64,000 nucleotides of DNA from an uncultured Candidatus Saccharibacteria bacterium (GTDB lineage: Bacteria; Patescibacteriota; Saccharimonadia; CAILAD01; GCA-016700035). The position numbers and the translations under genes were made by a program. Of this stretch, positions 17,347 through 26,948 are shown in pieces (within the stretch, counting starts at the first letter, position 1; every line of letters starts with the position of its first letter). Location of the stretch: positions 2,602 through 66,601 of the forward strand of contig CAZOVH010000002.1 in the NCBI GenBank assembly GCA_964583675.1, written 5' to 3'. The notes under the pieces are model-generated. The model saw nothing but the letters and a program-made list of their open reading frames with translations. It made no database searches and was not told the DNA's origin.

Positions 17347-18679
17347 AACAACCCACATACCTGTCATTGCACTCGTCGGCGTACCGAATGTTGGTAAGTC
17401 GAGCTTAGTGAACCGACTTTTAGGCAGTCGAGCTACGATTATTCATGATCAAAGCCATACAACCCGAGACATAACTAGGCATATTGTCGAGTGGGAAGGG
17501 CGCACTGCCTACCTACAAGACACTCCAGGATTTGGCAGCACCAAAGATATCTTGACTCAAGCTGCACAAGGCCAACTTGCAGCATCACTGAAATCCGCTG
17601 ATCTCATCTTGTTTGTGGTAGATAGCACTCAAGCGCACATCACTGAGGCCGAAAAGAAACTCGCGCGCACCATCCGATCTCTAGATAAACCAACCTTTTT
17701 ACTCCTAAATAAATCGGACAAGACTCCAGTTGATACCAGTCATTTCCGGGCTCTTGGCATTGAAGACACACTATCAGTTTCCGCTAATCATGGTGAGGGA
17801 ATTGAAGAGCTTAAAATCCTTGTAGCAAAAAATCTCCCAACCTCTTCCAGTGGAGGGCAGGTGACTCCACACCTAAAAATAGCCATCCTTGGCCGCCCAA
17901 ACGTAGGCAAATCCAGCCTCATTAATAAACTCAGTGGCGAAGAAGCAGCCATCGTATCCGAAATCGCCGGCACCACCCGTGATCCGGTCAATATCACCAT
18001 TACTCACGAGGGCAAGCAGCTGCTTATTACAGATACAGCCGGACTGCGCAAACCAGGCAAAATTGGTCGCGATATCGAGTATTTTTCATTAGCCCGCACC
18101 CGCCAAGTCGTCAATGGTGCAGATGTATGCGTATTAATTGTGGACGCCACAGAAGCAGCAACCAGCCAAGACCAACGCATCGCCGGAATTATTCGCGAAT
18201 CTGGTAAAGGCCTCGTTCTCGCCGTAAATAAATCGGATGAGCTCACCGGAGAAGACCGTCAAAGCATGCGCCTGGAACGACGACTCCAGCGTGAATTCGA
18301 ATTTGTGTGGTGGGCACCGTATGTGCTTATTTCCGCCCAAACCGGCAAAAACCTCGACAAACTTATCGAGCAAATCTGTGAGGTTGGCGAAAAAACTCAG
18401 CAAAAACTCCGCACTAAGGAGATAAATGATGCGTTGCAGGCCGCTATGAGCTCCAAGCCACCAGCCGCAACCGGCAATTTGCGCCCTAAACTCAACTACG
18501 CCACTCAAACTGGCAATTTACCGCTTGAGATTACCATCTATGGCACGCATCCAGATGCCATCCACTTTAGTTATCGTCGTTATCTAGAAAACCAGTTACG
18601 CGAAAAATTCGATTTGCATGGTGTGCCCATAAAGCTTATCTTTAAGAGTAAGTATGGCCACAAACTCGACAACGACTAA
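17339..18679 (+). CDS. der: ribosome biogenesis GTPase Der (EngA), tandem GTPase domains plus KH-like C-domain
   Basis: Two G1 motifs GVPNVGKSS and GRPNVGKSS with DTxG motifs. Confidence 0.9.
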   Translation: MSKTTHIPVIALVGVPNVGKSSLVNRLLGSRATIIHDQSHTTRDITRHIVEWEGRTAYLQDTPGFGSTKDILTQAAQGQLAASLKSADLILFVVDSTQAHITEAEKKLARTIRSLDKPTFLLLNKSDKTPVDTSHFRALGIEDTLSVSANHGEGIEELKILVAKNLPTSSSGGQVTPHLKIAILGRPNVGKSSLINKLSGEEAAIVSEIAGTTRDPVNITITHEGKQLLITDTAGLRKPGKIGRDIEYFSLARTRQVVNGADVCVLIVDATEAATSQDQRIAGIIRESGKGLVLAVNKSDELTGEDRQSMRLERRLQREFEFVWWAPYVLISAQTGKNLDKLIEQICEVGEKTQQKLRTKEINDALQAAMSSKPPAATGNLRPKLNYATQTGNLPLEITIYGTHPDAIHFSYRRYLENQLREKFDLHGVPIKLIFKSKYGHKLDND

Positions 18680-19211
18680 ACCTCGACCAGCACTGATTGT
18701 AGGGCTGGGAAATCCAGGTAAAAAATATACGTATACCCGCCATAATGTTGGTTTCTTAGCGGTAGAAGCGCTCGCCAAGCAACATCATGCGAACTGGCAC
18801 GACAAACCCGCCTGGTGCGCTGAAGTAGCCGAGCTAGCCCCGCAGGTATTTGCAGTAAAACCCACCACCTATATGAACGAATCAGGAAGGGCAGTACGCG
18901 CGCTAGCCGACTACTACGACATTCCACAGAGTCACATCTGCCTAATCTATGACGATCGAGACCTGCCATTTGGCAAGCTGCGATGGACGAATGGCTTTCG
19001 CACTGGGGCCAGCCATAATGGAGTTCGATCCGTAGCCCAGCTAGTTGGTAAAAGCTTCTCCAGGCTTCGCTTTGGAGTAGGGAATGCGACTATGCATCAT
19101 ATGCCGCTCGATAAATTTGTCTTGCAAGAGTTCAATGCTTTTGAAAAATCTGTACTCGATGAACAAATTGCGCTCACCACGACCGAGCTGACCAGTCACT
19201 TCCAGCTATAA
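18654..19211 (+). CDS. pth: peptidyl-tRNA hydrolase
   Basis: LIVGLGNPGKKYTYTRHNVGF N-terminal signature. Confidence 0.9.
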   Translation: MATNSTTTKPRPALIVGLGNPGKKYTYTRHNVGFLAVEALAKQHHANWHDKPAWCAEVAELAPQVFAVKPTTYMNESGRAVRALADYYDIPQSHICLIYDDRDLPFGKLRWTNGFRTGASHNGVRSVAQLVGKSFSRLRFGVGNATMHHMPLDKFVLQEFNAFEKSVLDEQIALTTTELTSHFQL

Positions 19212-19274
19212 ACCGAGAGTATGCCACTCATGCTCGCTTTTTGTTCGCATTGTTTGCTACACTGGTTTTCAGAT

Positions 19275-19320
19275 AAATGAAAAGACCACACCAGTCGAAA
19301 CCAATGTGGACTTTTCATTT
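19275..19320 (+). terminator. terminator-like hairpin AAATGAAAAG...CTTTTCATTT downstream of pth
   Basis: 10-bp outer stem plus inner stem read directly. Confidence 0.45.
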
Positions 19321-19571
19321 ACCCCTTCCATATCACCATAAAGGATTTTGCGGCCGTCACTAAATATTCTATACAGCCGTGACTATGGAAGAGAGCGATC
19401 TGCTAACGCGGTTGAACCTAAAGGAGGGTGAGTTTTAGGATATGGCCCCGCAATTAGCAGATCGCTCGCTTCCAGAACAAAAGGTAAGTTGTTGCGGTAC
19501 GGATGTATACTATCACGTTATGATAATTTTGTCAATAGTATTTGTCAGAGGAATTTAAGTTTACAGAATAT

Positions 19572-20459
19572 ATGACAGATAATGCAAGCACTACTACTAT
19601 GCAAGTAATACAACTCTCTAGCAAGAATTATCCTGCTGATCTCAAAGCTATCTACAGCCCACCTAAAAAGCTCCACATATATGGAGCACTTCCAGTCCAG
19701 CCGATGGTGGCGATTGTTGGCTCCAGAAAACCCACTTCCTATGGAGAGATGGTGGCGTATCGGATAGCTTCAGACCTCGCAAAAGCAGGCGTGTGTATCG
19801 TGAGCGGCTTAGCCTACGGCATTGATAGTATCGTGCATCAGGCGGCGCTCGAAGCTGGCGGTACAACAATTGCGGTGCTCGGATCTGGTATAGACAAACT
19901 CTATCCTGCAGCCCATAAGCCTTTAGCGCGGCAAATAGTTCGGGCGGGCGGCGCGATCATCACCGAATATCCCAACGGAACCCCACCACTCAAACATCAT
20001 TTTCCGGCACGCAATCGTATTATTGCCGGATTATCAGCAGCTACCGTGGTGCCTGAAGCGGATGCAAAATCTGGCTCACTCATTACTGCTCAACTAGCGC
20101 TGGAAGAAAATCGCGTAGTTTGCGCTGTGCCTGGCCCGATTACCAGCGCACGTTCGGCTGGCCCAAATAATCTCCTGAAGGCTGGAGCTGTTGCCACAAC
20201 CTCGGCGGCCGATGTCTGCTCGCTCCTTGGCATCGATGCCGATACAGGCATGCAAAAACATCCTTCTACTACAGAACTGAGTCAATATGCCAAAGACATC
20301 CTCACAGCCCTCCAGTCTGGTGCTGCCACCACAGAAGATTTAGCGGCTTCTACCAAAATTGCCGTTCCAGCTCTCTTGAGTACACTCACACTACTCGAAA
20401 TGCAAAACTATGTACGTAGTTCAAGCGGCAATTCTTGGATGAGTACGATTGAAATTTGA
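19572..20459 (+). CDS. dprA: DNA processing protein DprA (Smf)
   Basis: Rossmann-like core GSRKPTSYGEMVAYRIASDLAKAGVCIVSGLAYGIDSIVHQAALEAGG; track start at 19542 is TTG, first ATG at 19572 preferred. Confidence 0.8.
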   Translation: MTDNASTTTMQVIQLSSKNYPADLKAIYSPPKKLHIYGALPVQPMVAIVGSRKPTSYGEMVAYRIASDLAKAGVCIVSGLAYGIDSIVHQAALEAGGTTIAVLGSGIDKLYPAAHKPLARQIVRAGGAIITEYPNGTPPLKHHFPARNRIIAGLSAATVVPEADAKSGSLITAQLALEENRVVCAVPGPITSARSAGPNNLLKAGAVATTSAADVCSLLGIDADTGMQKHPSTTELSQYAKDILTALQSGAATTEDLAASTKIAVPALLSTLTLLEMQNYVRSSSGNSWMSTIEI

Positions 20460-20520
20460 CAAGCCCAAGCTTCGCCCCGTACAATCGGCGAGCTACGTAC
20501 TACAAACGTAACTATTTTTT

Positions 20521-22503
20521 ATGGCCAAATCTTCAAGCAAAAAAACCGTCCTTATAGTAGAAAGCCCTGCAAAGGGTAAGACAATTGAGTCTTACCTCGG
20601 CAAGGGCTATAAAGTCGTGGCCAGCTACGGCCATGTCCGTGACCTGCCCAAATCTAAGCTTGGAATTGATGTAGAAAACGACTTTGAGCCACAATATATG
20701 GTTCCACGCGGCAGCGCATCTCGCATTAAAACGCTGAAGAACGCCACTAAGGATGCTGACACAATCTTACTCGCAACCGACCTTGACCGCGAAGGAGAAG
20801 CCATTGCTTGGCACTTAGCCGCTATCTTGGAGCCCACCGAAAAACAAGAGATGAAGCGCATTACGTTTTCCGAAATTACCAAACCCGCATTAGAAGACGC
20901 AGTGGCACATCCGCGCGACATCAATCAAAACCTTGTAGACGCCCAGCAGGCCAGGCGCGTACTCGATAGACTCGTAGGCTATTCACTCTCACCAGTACTC
21001 TGGAAAAAAGTCCGCTACGGACTCTCGGCAGGACGCGTACAGAGCGTAGCGCTTAAATTTATTACCGACCGTGAAAAAGAAATCGAAGCCTTTAAAACTG
21101 AAGAATATTGGAGTATTTCGGCTCAGTTCAAAGCTCAAAAAGGTGAATTCAGCGCCAACTTAATCAGCGTCGCCGGCGATAAGATCGCTCTAGACAACTC
21201 AAAAGATACTGAGGCAATCGTCACCAGTCTAAAAACCGACGACTACACCGTACTCGACGTAGAAAAGAAGCCTCTTCGACGTACGCCGCCAGCACCATTT
21301 ACTACCAGTACTCTCCAGCAAGATGCCTATCGCCGGCTTGGTTTTGGCGCTCGCCGTACCATGCGCGCTGCACAAAGCCTCTACGAAGCCGGTCTTATCT
21401 CTTATATGCGTACCGACTCGGTAACGCTTTCTGAGCAAGCCTTGGTAGCAATTTCTACCTACATCACAGGCGAGCTCGGTAAAGAGTACGGCCTCGCAAA
21501 GCCACGTGTACACAAAACTAAATCTCGGGGTGCACAGGAAGCACACGAAGCCATCCGCCCAACCAATCCCGAGCGCGCACCACATACCATTCAAGATATA
21601 GGTGGCGATGAGGCAAAACTGTATAACTTAATTTGGCAGCGCACATTAGCCTCCCAGATGGCAGTAGCTGAATTTGAGCAGACCAAAATCAATATTCAAG
21701 CCCAAAAAACTGATGCGCTACTACGTGCCAGTGGGCGAGTCCTCGTATTTGACGGTTTCACAAAGGTATACCCGCCACAGAGCAAGGAAGAAGCACCACT
21801 TTTGCCGGATGTCGCGGCCAAAGAAAATCTCACTCTTATTGATGTCGCCGGTGAACAACACTTTACTCAACCGCCAGCTCGCTATAGTGAAGCTACCCTG
21901 GTGAAAAAACTCGAAGAGGCCGGCATTGGTCGCCCAAGTACCTATGCGCCAACAATTGCCACTATCATTTCGCGTGGCTATGTATTAAACGAAGATAAGC
22001 GCCTAGTTCCACAGCCAGTAGGTATGGTTGTTTCTGATTTGCTCGCCGAAAACTTCGATTTTGTTACCGAGCCAGAATTTACGGCTGAGATGGAAGACAA
22101 GCTCGATGAAGTGGCTGCCGGAAAGCAAACCTGGAAGCCGGTTATCCGTGATTATTACGAACCAATGCATAAACTCATTGAAGAAAAAGAGCAATCCATT
22201 AAAAAAGTCGAATTGCCAGTTATTGAAACCGATGAGAAATGCGAATTATGTGGCAAGACAATGGTCATTAAATCTGGTCGTTTCGGTCAATTCCTAGCTT
22301 GTTCTGGATGGCCAGACTGTAAAAATGCCAAGCCTATCCTCAAGAAAACTGGCGTTGAATGCCCTCAGTGTAAGGAAGGGGAGGTAGTAGAACGTAAAAC
22401 GAAAAAAGGTCGTCGTTTCTGGGGCTGCTCTAGATACCCTGATTGCGACTACGCAACCTGGACGAAACCAAAAAATCCTGACGCCGAAGAGGCTAGTGAC
22501 TAG
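20521..22503 (+). CDS. topA: DNA topoisomerase I with C-terminal C4 zinc ribbons
   Basis: TOPRIM N-domain (LIVESPAKGKTI, DLDREGEAIAWH), catalytic Tyr region (SYMRTDS), C-terminal Cys4 pairs. Confidence 0.95.
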   Translation: MAKSSSKKTVLIVESPAKGKTIESYLGKGYKVVASYGHVRDLPKSKLGIDVENDFEPQYMVPRGSASRIKTLKNATKDADTILLATDLDREGEAIAWHLAAILEPTEKQEMKRITFSEITKPALEDAVAHPRDINQNLVDAQQARRVLDRLVGYSLSPVLWKKVRYGLSAGRVQSVALKFITDREKEIEAFKTEEYWSISAQFKAQKGEFSANLISVAGDKIALDNSKDTEAIVTSLKTDDYTVLDVEKKPLRRTPPAPFTTSTLQQDAYRRLGFGARRTMRAAQSLYEAGLISYMRTDSVTLSEQALVAISTYITGELGKEYGLAKPRVHKTKSRGAQEAHEAIRPTNPERAPHTIQDIGGDEAKLYNLIWQRTLASQMAVAEFEQTKINIQAQKTDALLRASGRVLVFDGFTKVYPPQSKEEAPLLPDVAAKENLTLIDVAGEQHFTQPPARYSEATLVKKLEEAGIGRPSTYAPTIATIISRGYVLNEDKRLVPQPVGMVVSDLLAENFDFVTEPEFTAEMEDKLDEVAAGKQTWKPVIRDYYEPMHKLIEEKEQSIKKVELPVIETDEKCELCGKTMVIKSGRFGQFLACSGWPDCKNAKPILKKTGVECPQCKEGEVVERKTKKGRRFWGCSRYPDCDYATWTKPKNPDAEEASD

Positions 22504-22557
22504 CCCTTCTTTAACACAAGCTTTTTGACGAATCTCCAAAAAAGTCCTCTAGTTTTA

Positions 22558-22586
22558 TTGACCTATCTAACTTGCGATGATATAAT
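22558..22586 (+). promoter_or_regulatory. consensus sigma-70 promoter (TTGACC -17 nt- TATAAT) driving 22631..23728
   Basis: Perfect -35/-10 hexamers with 17-nt spacer read directly; SD AAGAGGGTGAGG precedes ATG at 22631. Confidence 0.6.
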
Positions 22587-22630
22587 ATCTTCCAAGACCA
22601 ATACTTATAGGTTTAAAGAGGGTGAGGAAT

Positions 22631-23728
22631 ATGTCTACTCAAGCTATGACGAAAACTACTACTATTGATGTTCGCCCTCTCGTCGAATCGTTGATCGACG
22701 AGAGTTTGCGTGTACTCAAAAAAGATCGCGATCGCGAAGTTGTGGCCAAGCGCCACGGCCTTAAAACCTACCAACCCCACACTCTGGAGCAAATCGGTAG
22801 TGAGCTTGGCATTACCCGCGAACGCGTTCGCCAGATTGAAAAAGCTGCTTTTCAGAAGATTCGCGAACAAGGTCTCACTGAAAGCGAGCTCCACACCGCT
22901 ATGCTCGACTCAATTCAGGAGACCGGCGGTATCATCCAGCTTGACCGTCTTTTGAGTGCGCTCGAGCTTGATACTAACGAGCGCCCCAATGTCACTTACC
23001 TGGTGCGAATTATGCCGGACCTCGAACTAGTTGAGCAGAACGAAGAGCTGTCACCAGTCGTATCACTCGCTGATCCATACAGCCGCCAAACTGTTATCCA
23101 GCTCCACAGTCAGCTACACGATGCTACCAAGTCTCATGGCAAGCCTGTAAAGTTTGATAAAATCGCTGGCGCCATCGATGGACCACATGCTCGCACCGCG
23201 CTCGAAGAGCTGGCAGTTGCCTCGAAGCTCGTAACCGATCTTGATGGTCATTGGGGCTTGGCTGTGTGGCCAGAGGTAAACCCTCGCAGTATTCGCGATA
23301 AAACCTATCTGGTACTCAAAAAAGCTGGTCGGCCAATGCACTTCACTGAAATTGCCGATAAAATCTCTAAACTCGATGCCAACCCAAAGCAGGTAACCAC
23401 TCAAGCTGTCCACAACGAGCTTATTAAAGACGCCCGTTTTGTGCTGATTGGCCGCGGTATTTACGCTCTCGCCGAATGGGGTTACCAGGCCGGAACTGTT
23501 TCAGATATTATTGAGCAAATCTTGCGTGAAGAAAGCCCACTCACACGTGAAGAAATTATTAAGCGCGTATTAGCTCGTCGTCAGGTAAAAGTTGCCACAA
23601 TTGCCTTAAACCTCCAGGAAAAGCCGCAGTTTGAACGCGTAGGCAAGGGCCTCTATAAGCTGCAGGATGGCTATGTTGCTGAACCACGCAAACGTCGCGG
23701 TCGACCACGCAACAACGCTACTGCGTAA
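22631..23728 (+). CDS. DNA-binding protein: N-terminal sigma-70 region-4-like HTH followed by three HARE-HTH-like winged-helix repeats and a C-terminal AT-hook
   Basis: LEQIGSELGITRERVRQIEKAAFQKIR matches sigma-70 region 4.2; repeats ending GHWGLAVW, GRGIYALAEWGY, GKGLYKL resemble RNAP delta/HARE-HTH; tail RKRRGRPRNN. Confidence 0.55.
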   Translation: MSTQAMTKTTTIDVRPLVESLIDESLRVLKKDRDREVVAKRHGLKTYQPHTLEQIGSELGITRERVRQIEKAAFQKIREQGLTESELHTAMLDSIQETGGIIQLDRLLSALELDTNERPNVTYLVRIMPDLELVEQNEELSPVVSLADPYSRQTVIQLHSQLHDATKSHGKPVKFDKIAGAIDGPHARTALEELAVASKLVTDLDGHWGLAVWPEVNPRSIRDKTYLVLKKAGRPMHFTEIADKISKLDANPKQVTTQAVHNELIKDARFVLIGRGIYALAEWGYQAGTVSDIIEQILREESPLTREEIIKRVLARRQVKVATIALNLQEKPQFERVGKGLYKLQDGYVAEPRKRRGRPRNNATA

Positions 23729-23792
23729 CACTATAAAACACCGAGAGAAAGAGCGTACTGCATATAAAGTGCGGTACAATAGAACCTAATCC

Positions 23793-26465
23793 ATGGAAGC
23801 ATTATTTTCAGTAATTGGCGCCGTTTTTTCGATAATCGGCATAGCATTGTTTCAGTACTGGGGCTGGACGCTTATTGCTGCATATCTCATTTGGCAAATC
23901 TGGCAAAATAAGCGCAAAGTCGCCTATGTAGAGACTACTGAGCACACTATGCTCCAGATTATCGTACCGAAAAATAACGATAAAAAAGAACTTTCCGCCG
24001 AGCAACTTTTTGCCAGTCTTCATGGTATCTTACGGCCAAAATCGGAGATTGAAAAAGAAGGCTCAATTCAAGAACACATTAGTTTTGAGATTGTCTCTGA
24101 GCAGAATGTTATCAATTTTTATGTATGGGTACCGGTCCATCTTAAGGACTACGTCGAAAGCCAAGTGTACGCTCAGTACCCGACAGTCCAAATCTTGGCC
24201 GATGCCGAAGACTACGCCAAGCGAGATATTGGCGATCAGCTGAGCGTTATTGGCGAAATCACCACCACCAAAGACTTTATTTTTCCGATTAAGACCTTCA
24301 CCACGTTCGAAGTCGACCCGCTAGCCGGCATAACAACCGTTCTTGCCACCCTAAACCCAAATGAACAAATCTGGGTTCAGTACCTCATGCGCCCGGTTGA
24401 CGACTCCTGGCACGCCCGCAGTCTCTCGTATGTCTCAGAGCTGAAAAACGGCAAGAAGAAGGGGCTCCTCGACGGCTGGGAACAAAAACTCTTCTTGCTT
24501 CCGCTGGAAGCCATCCTATACTTCATTCAGGCTCTGGTTAATCCTCCGCAACCAAAAGAAAAGAAGGACGAACCAAAAAAGGAGCTGTCGCCAGGGCAAA
24601 CGACTGTCGCTTCGGCTATCGAGACCAAAGCTGAAAAAATTGGCTACGAAGTAAAAATTCGCGTTGCCTATGTAGGTGACTCTGCAGACCTCGCCAAGCA
24701 ACGCATGCAGGCACTCTATGGTGGCTTCAAGCAATTCAACACTATTAACCTGAATGGTTTAAACGGCGGGGGATACGACACTACTCCTGAAGGCCTTCAA
24801 GAATATCGTGCGCGCTACTTTGAGGGCGGCGGTTTTATCTTAAATGTAGAAGAACTCGCCAGCCTGTATCACTTGCCACATACCAGTGTTGAAACGCCTA
24901 ATATTGCCTGGACCACTACCAAAGTAGGGGAGCCGCCAACCAACCTCCCAACCCTGGCAAATACACCGCAAGAGGCGCTCTCACTCATCGGCACTACCAC
25001 ATTTAGACAAACTAACGTAAAGTTTGGCATTAAACGTGACGACCGCAAGCGCCACCTCTACGTTATTGGTAAATCCGGCTCTGGTAAAAGTTTTGCGCTC
25101 CTCCTTTTAACGCTATCAGACATCTACCATAATCAGGGCTTTGCTATTGTAGACCCTCACGGTGACTTCGCTCAGGATGCGCTGAAATATATTCCAGCGC
25201 ACCGCCACCAGGATGTAGTCTACTTCAACCCGTCTGACTTCGAGAACCCGATTGCTTTCAATCCAATGGAGAACGCCGACCCAAACATGCGCGCCTCAAT
25301 TGCCTCAGAAATTATTGGCGTATTAAAAAAGATGTTTGCCGAGTCCTGGGGCCCTCGCTTAGAACATATTTTACGTTTTACGCTACTAGCACTCCTTGAG
25401 ACACCAGATGCCAACCTGATGGGCATTACTAGAATGCTCACAGATAAAAACTTCCGTAAGAAAGTCGTTGATCAGCTCACCGACGTCACCGTAAAATCCT
25501 TCTGGGTAAATGAATTTGCAAGCTGGAATGACAAGTTTGCCACCGAAGCTGTGGCGCCAATTCTCAATAAGGTAGGGGCTTTTACGGCCAACCCGTTGGT
25601 ACGAAACGTAATTGGGCAAAAGCAATCTAGCTTCGATATCCGCCAAATTATGGACGAAGGGAAGATTCTTATTTGCGACCTCTCACGCGGTCGACTCGGA
25701 GAAGATAACGCCGCCACGCTTGGAGCTCTTTTGATTACTAAAATCCAGCTAGCTGCAATGAGTCGTGCTAATATACCCCTCGATCAACGTCGTCCATTCT
25801 ACCTATACGTCGACGAATTCCAAAACTTTGCTACCGACTCATTTGCCGTAATTCTCTCCGAAGCCCGTAAGTATGGACTCTACCTCACCGTTGCCAACCA
25901 ATACGTAGCCCAGATGCAACAAGAAGTACGTGATGCTGTCTTTGGTAACGTCGGCTCTATGATTACCTTTAGGGTAGGGGCGGACGATGCCACTGCACTT
26001 GCGCGCTACTTTGAGCCAATTTTTGAGCCAAATGACCTCACTAATTTGTCTCTCCAAAACATTTACGTCACCATGTCCATTGATGGGGAAACAAGCATAC
26101 CATTCTCTGCTAAGACCCTCCGTGTACCGGATCCAGAAGCTGATAATGCTCGAACTATCATTGAGCTCTCTAGAAAGCGCTTTAACAGCAACAGGGAAGA
26201 GGTGGAGCAAGTAATCGCCGAATGGAATAACATGGCTGAAAAACCAGAAGATAAGCAGGGAAGACACTCAACTGAAAACATCCCGACACCCGGGGAAGCC
26301 AGCCCCCAGGCAGCTCACGTACAAAACCGCCCTACTCCTGCGGTGGCTGGAGCGCAGCCCAAGAACTACTCCGAGTTGATGCGCCAGAACTCTTCAGGTC
26401 AAAAAACCCATAGTGACCGCAAGCCGTCCGGATCGAATTCGAATCGCAAACGTAAACGTCGTTAA
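23793..26465 (+). CDS. TraD/TraG/VirD4-like type IV coupling-protein-family P-loop ATPase (membrane-anchored) with basic C-terminal tail
   Basis: Two N-terminal TM helices, Walker A VIGKSGSGKS followed by IVDPHGD (cf. T4CP DPKGE), Walker B LYVDEFQNF; tail ...SNSNRKRKRR. Confidence 0.55.
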   Translation: MEALFSVIGAVFSIIGIALFQYWGWTLIAAYLIWQIWQNKRKVAYVETTEHTMLQIIVPKNNDKKELSAEQLFASLHGILRPKSEIEKEGSIQEHISFEIVSEQNVINFYVWVPVHLKDYVESQVYAQYPTVQILADAEDYAKRDIGDQLSVIGEITTTKDFIFPIKTFTTFEVDPLAGITTVLATLNPNEQIWVQYLMRPVDDSWHARSLSYVSELKNGKKKGLLDGWEQKLFLLPLEAILYFIQALVNPPQPKEKKDEPKKELSPGQTTVASAIETKAEKIGYEVKIRVAYVGDSADLAKQRMQALYGGFKQFNTINLNGLNGGGYDTTPEGLQEYRARYFEGGGFILNVEELASLYHLPHTSVETPNIAWTTTKVGEPPTNLPTLANTPQEALSLIGTTTFRQTNVKFGIKRDDRKRHLYVIGKSGSGKSFALLLLTLSDIYHNQGFAIVDPHGDFAQDALKYIPAHRHQDVVYFNPSDFENPIAFNPMENADPNMRASIASEIIGVLKKMFAESWGPRLEHILRFTLLALLETPDANLMGITRMLTDKNFRKKVVDQLTDVTVKSFWVNEFASWNDKFATEAVAPILNKVGAFTANPLVRNVIGQKQSSFDIRQIMDEGKILICDLSRGRLGEDNAATLGALLITKIQLAAMSRANIPLDQRRPFYLYVDEFQNFATDSFAVILSEARKYGLYLTVANQYVAQMQQEVRDAVFGNVGSMITFRVGADDATALARYFEPIFEPNDLTNLSLQNIYVTMSIDGETSIPFSAKTLRVPDPEADNARTIIELSRKRFNSNREEVEQVIAEWNNMAEKPEDKQGRHSTENIPTPGEASPQAAHVQNRPTPAVAGAQPKNYSELMRQNSSGQKTHSDRKPSGSNSNRKRKRR

Positions 26466-26908
26466 ATACAAAAAACCGCACGATAAAACGCATTTAACCC
26501 AGTCATCTACGCGCCGCTCAGAACGAATGGAGTAATAGCAAGCCAAAGTAGCATAACAAAGATGAACAAGTATACGTCTTTGTTTATTAAAAGCTATGTC
26601 GCACAATGTATATTTTGCGTCGTAAACCCAGTTTTGTTTTTTGGCGGCTAACATAGGTACTTACACGTCTTATAAGGCCTTCATTGCCGATTCTATGCAC
26701 TAAGCCAACAATAAGATCCACCACCAAACTATCTGACACTAACTCATGATGTACACAGCAAAAATACATATTAAACGGAACATTATAATGCTTAAAGCCT
26801 AGCCTCAAATAGCAAAACAATCAACAGGCTAAGCACTAGAGCACCCTGAGCAAGTCCAACCACCAAAATTAGTTATTGATACTTTGCTCATGTGTTTTTT
26901 ATGTCGCA

Positions 26909-26948
26909 AATCCTGTGAAACAAAAAAGTTTCACAGGATTGACTTTTA
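26909..26948 (-). terminator. perfect 13-bp hairpin AATCCTGTGAAAC-aaaaaa-GTTTCACAGGATT (terminator of ftsQ; bidirectional character)
   Basis: Read directly, immediately beyond ftsQ stop. Confidence 0.55.

Noticed and set aside
18134-18508. Antisense ORFs within der, topA (21229..21594), AspRS (14052..14270), the ABC transporter (6605..6976) and others in the track
   Set aside because: They are embedded in and antisense to strongly supported conserved genes. They have no independent signals.
26394-26820. Minus-strand ORFs of 86 and 77 aa in the gap after the ATPase gene
   Set aside because: Low-complexity composition, no RBS/promoter context, and they overlap each other. The region is treated as non-coding.
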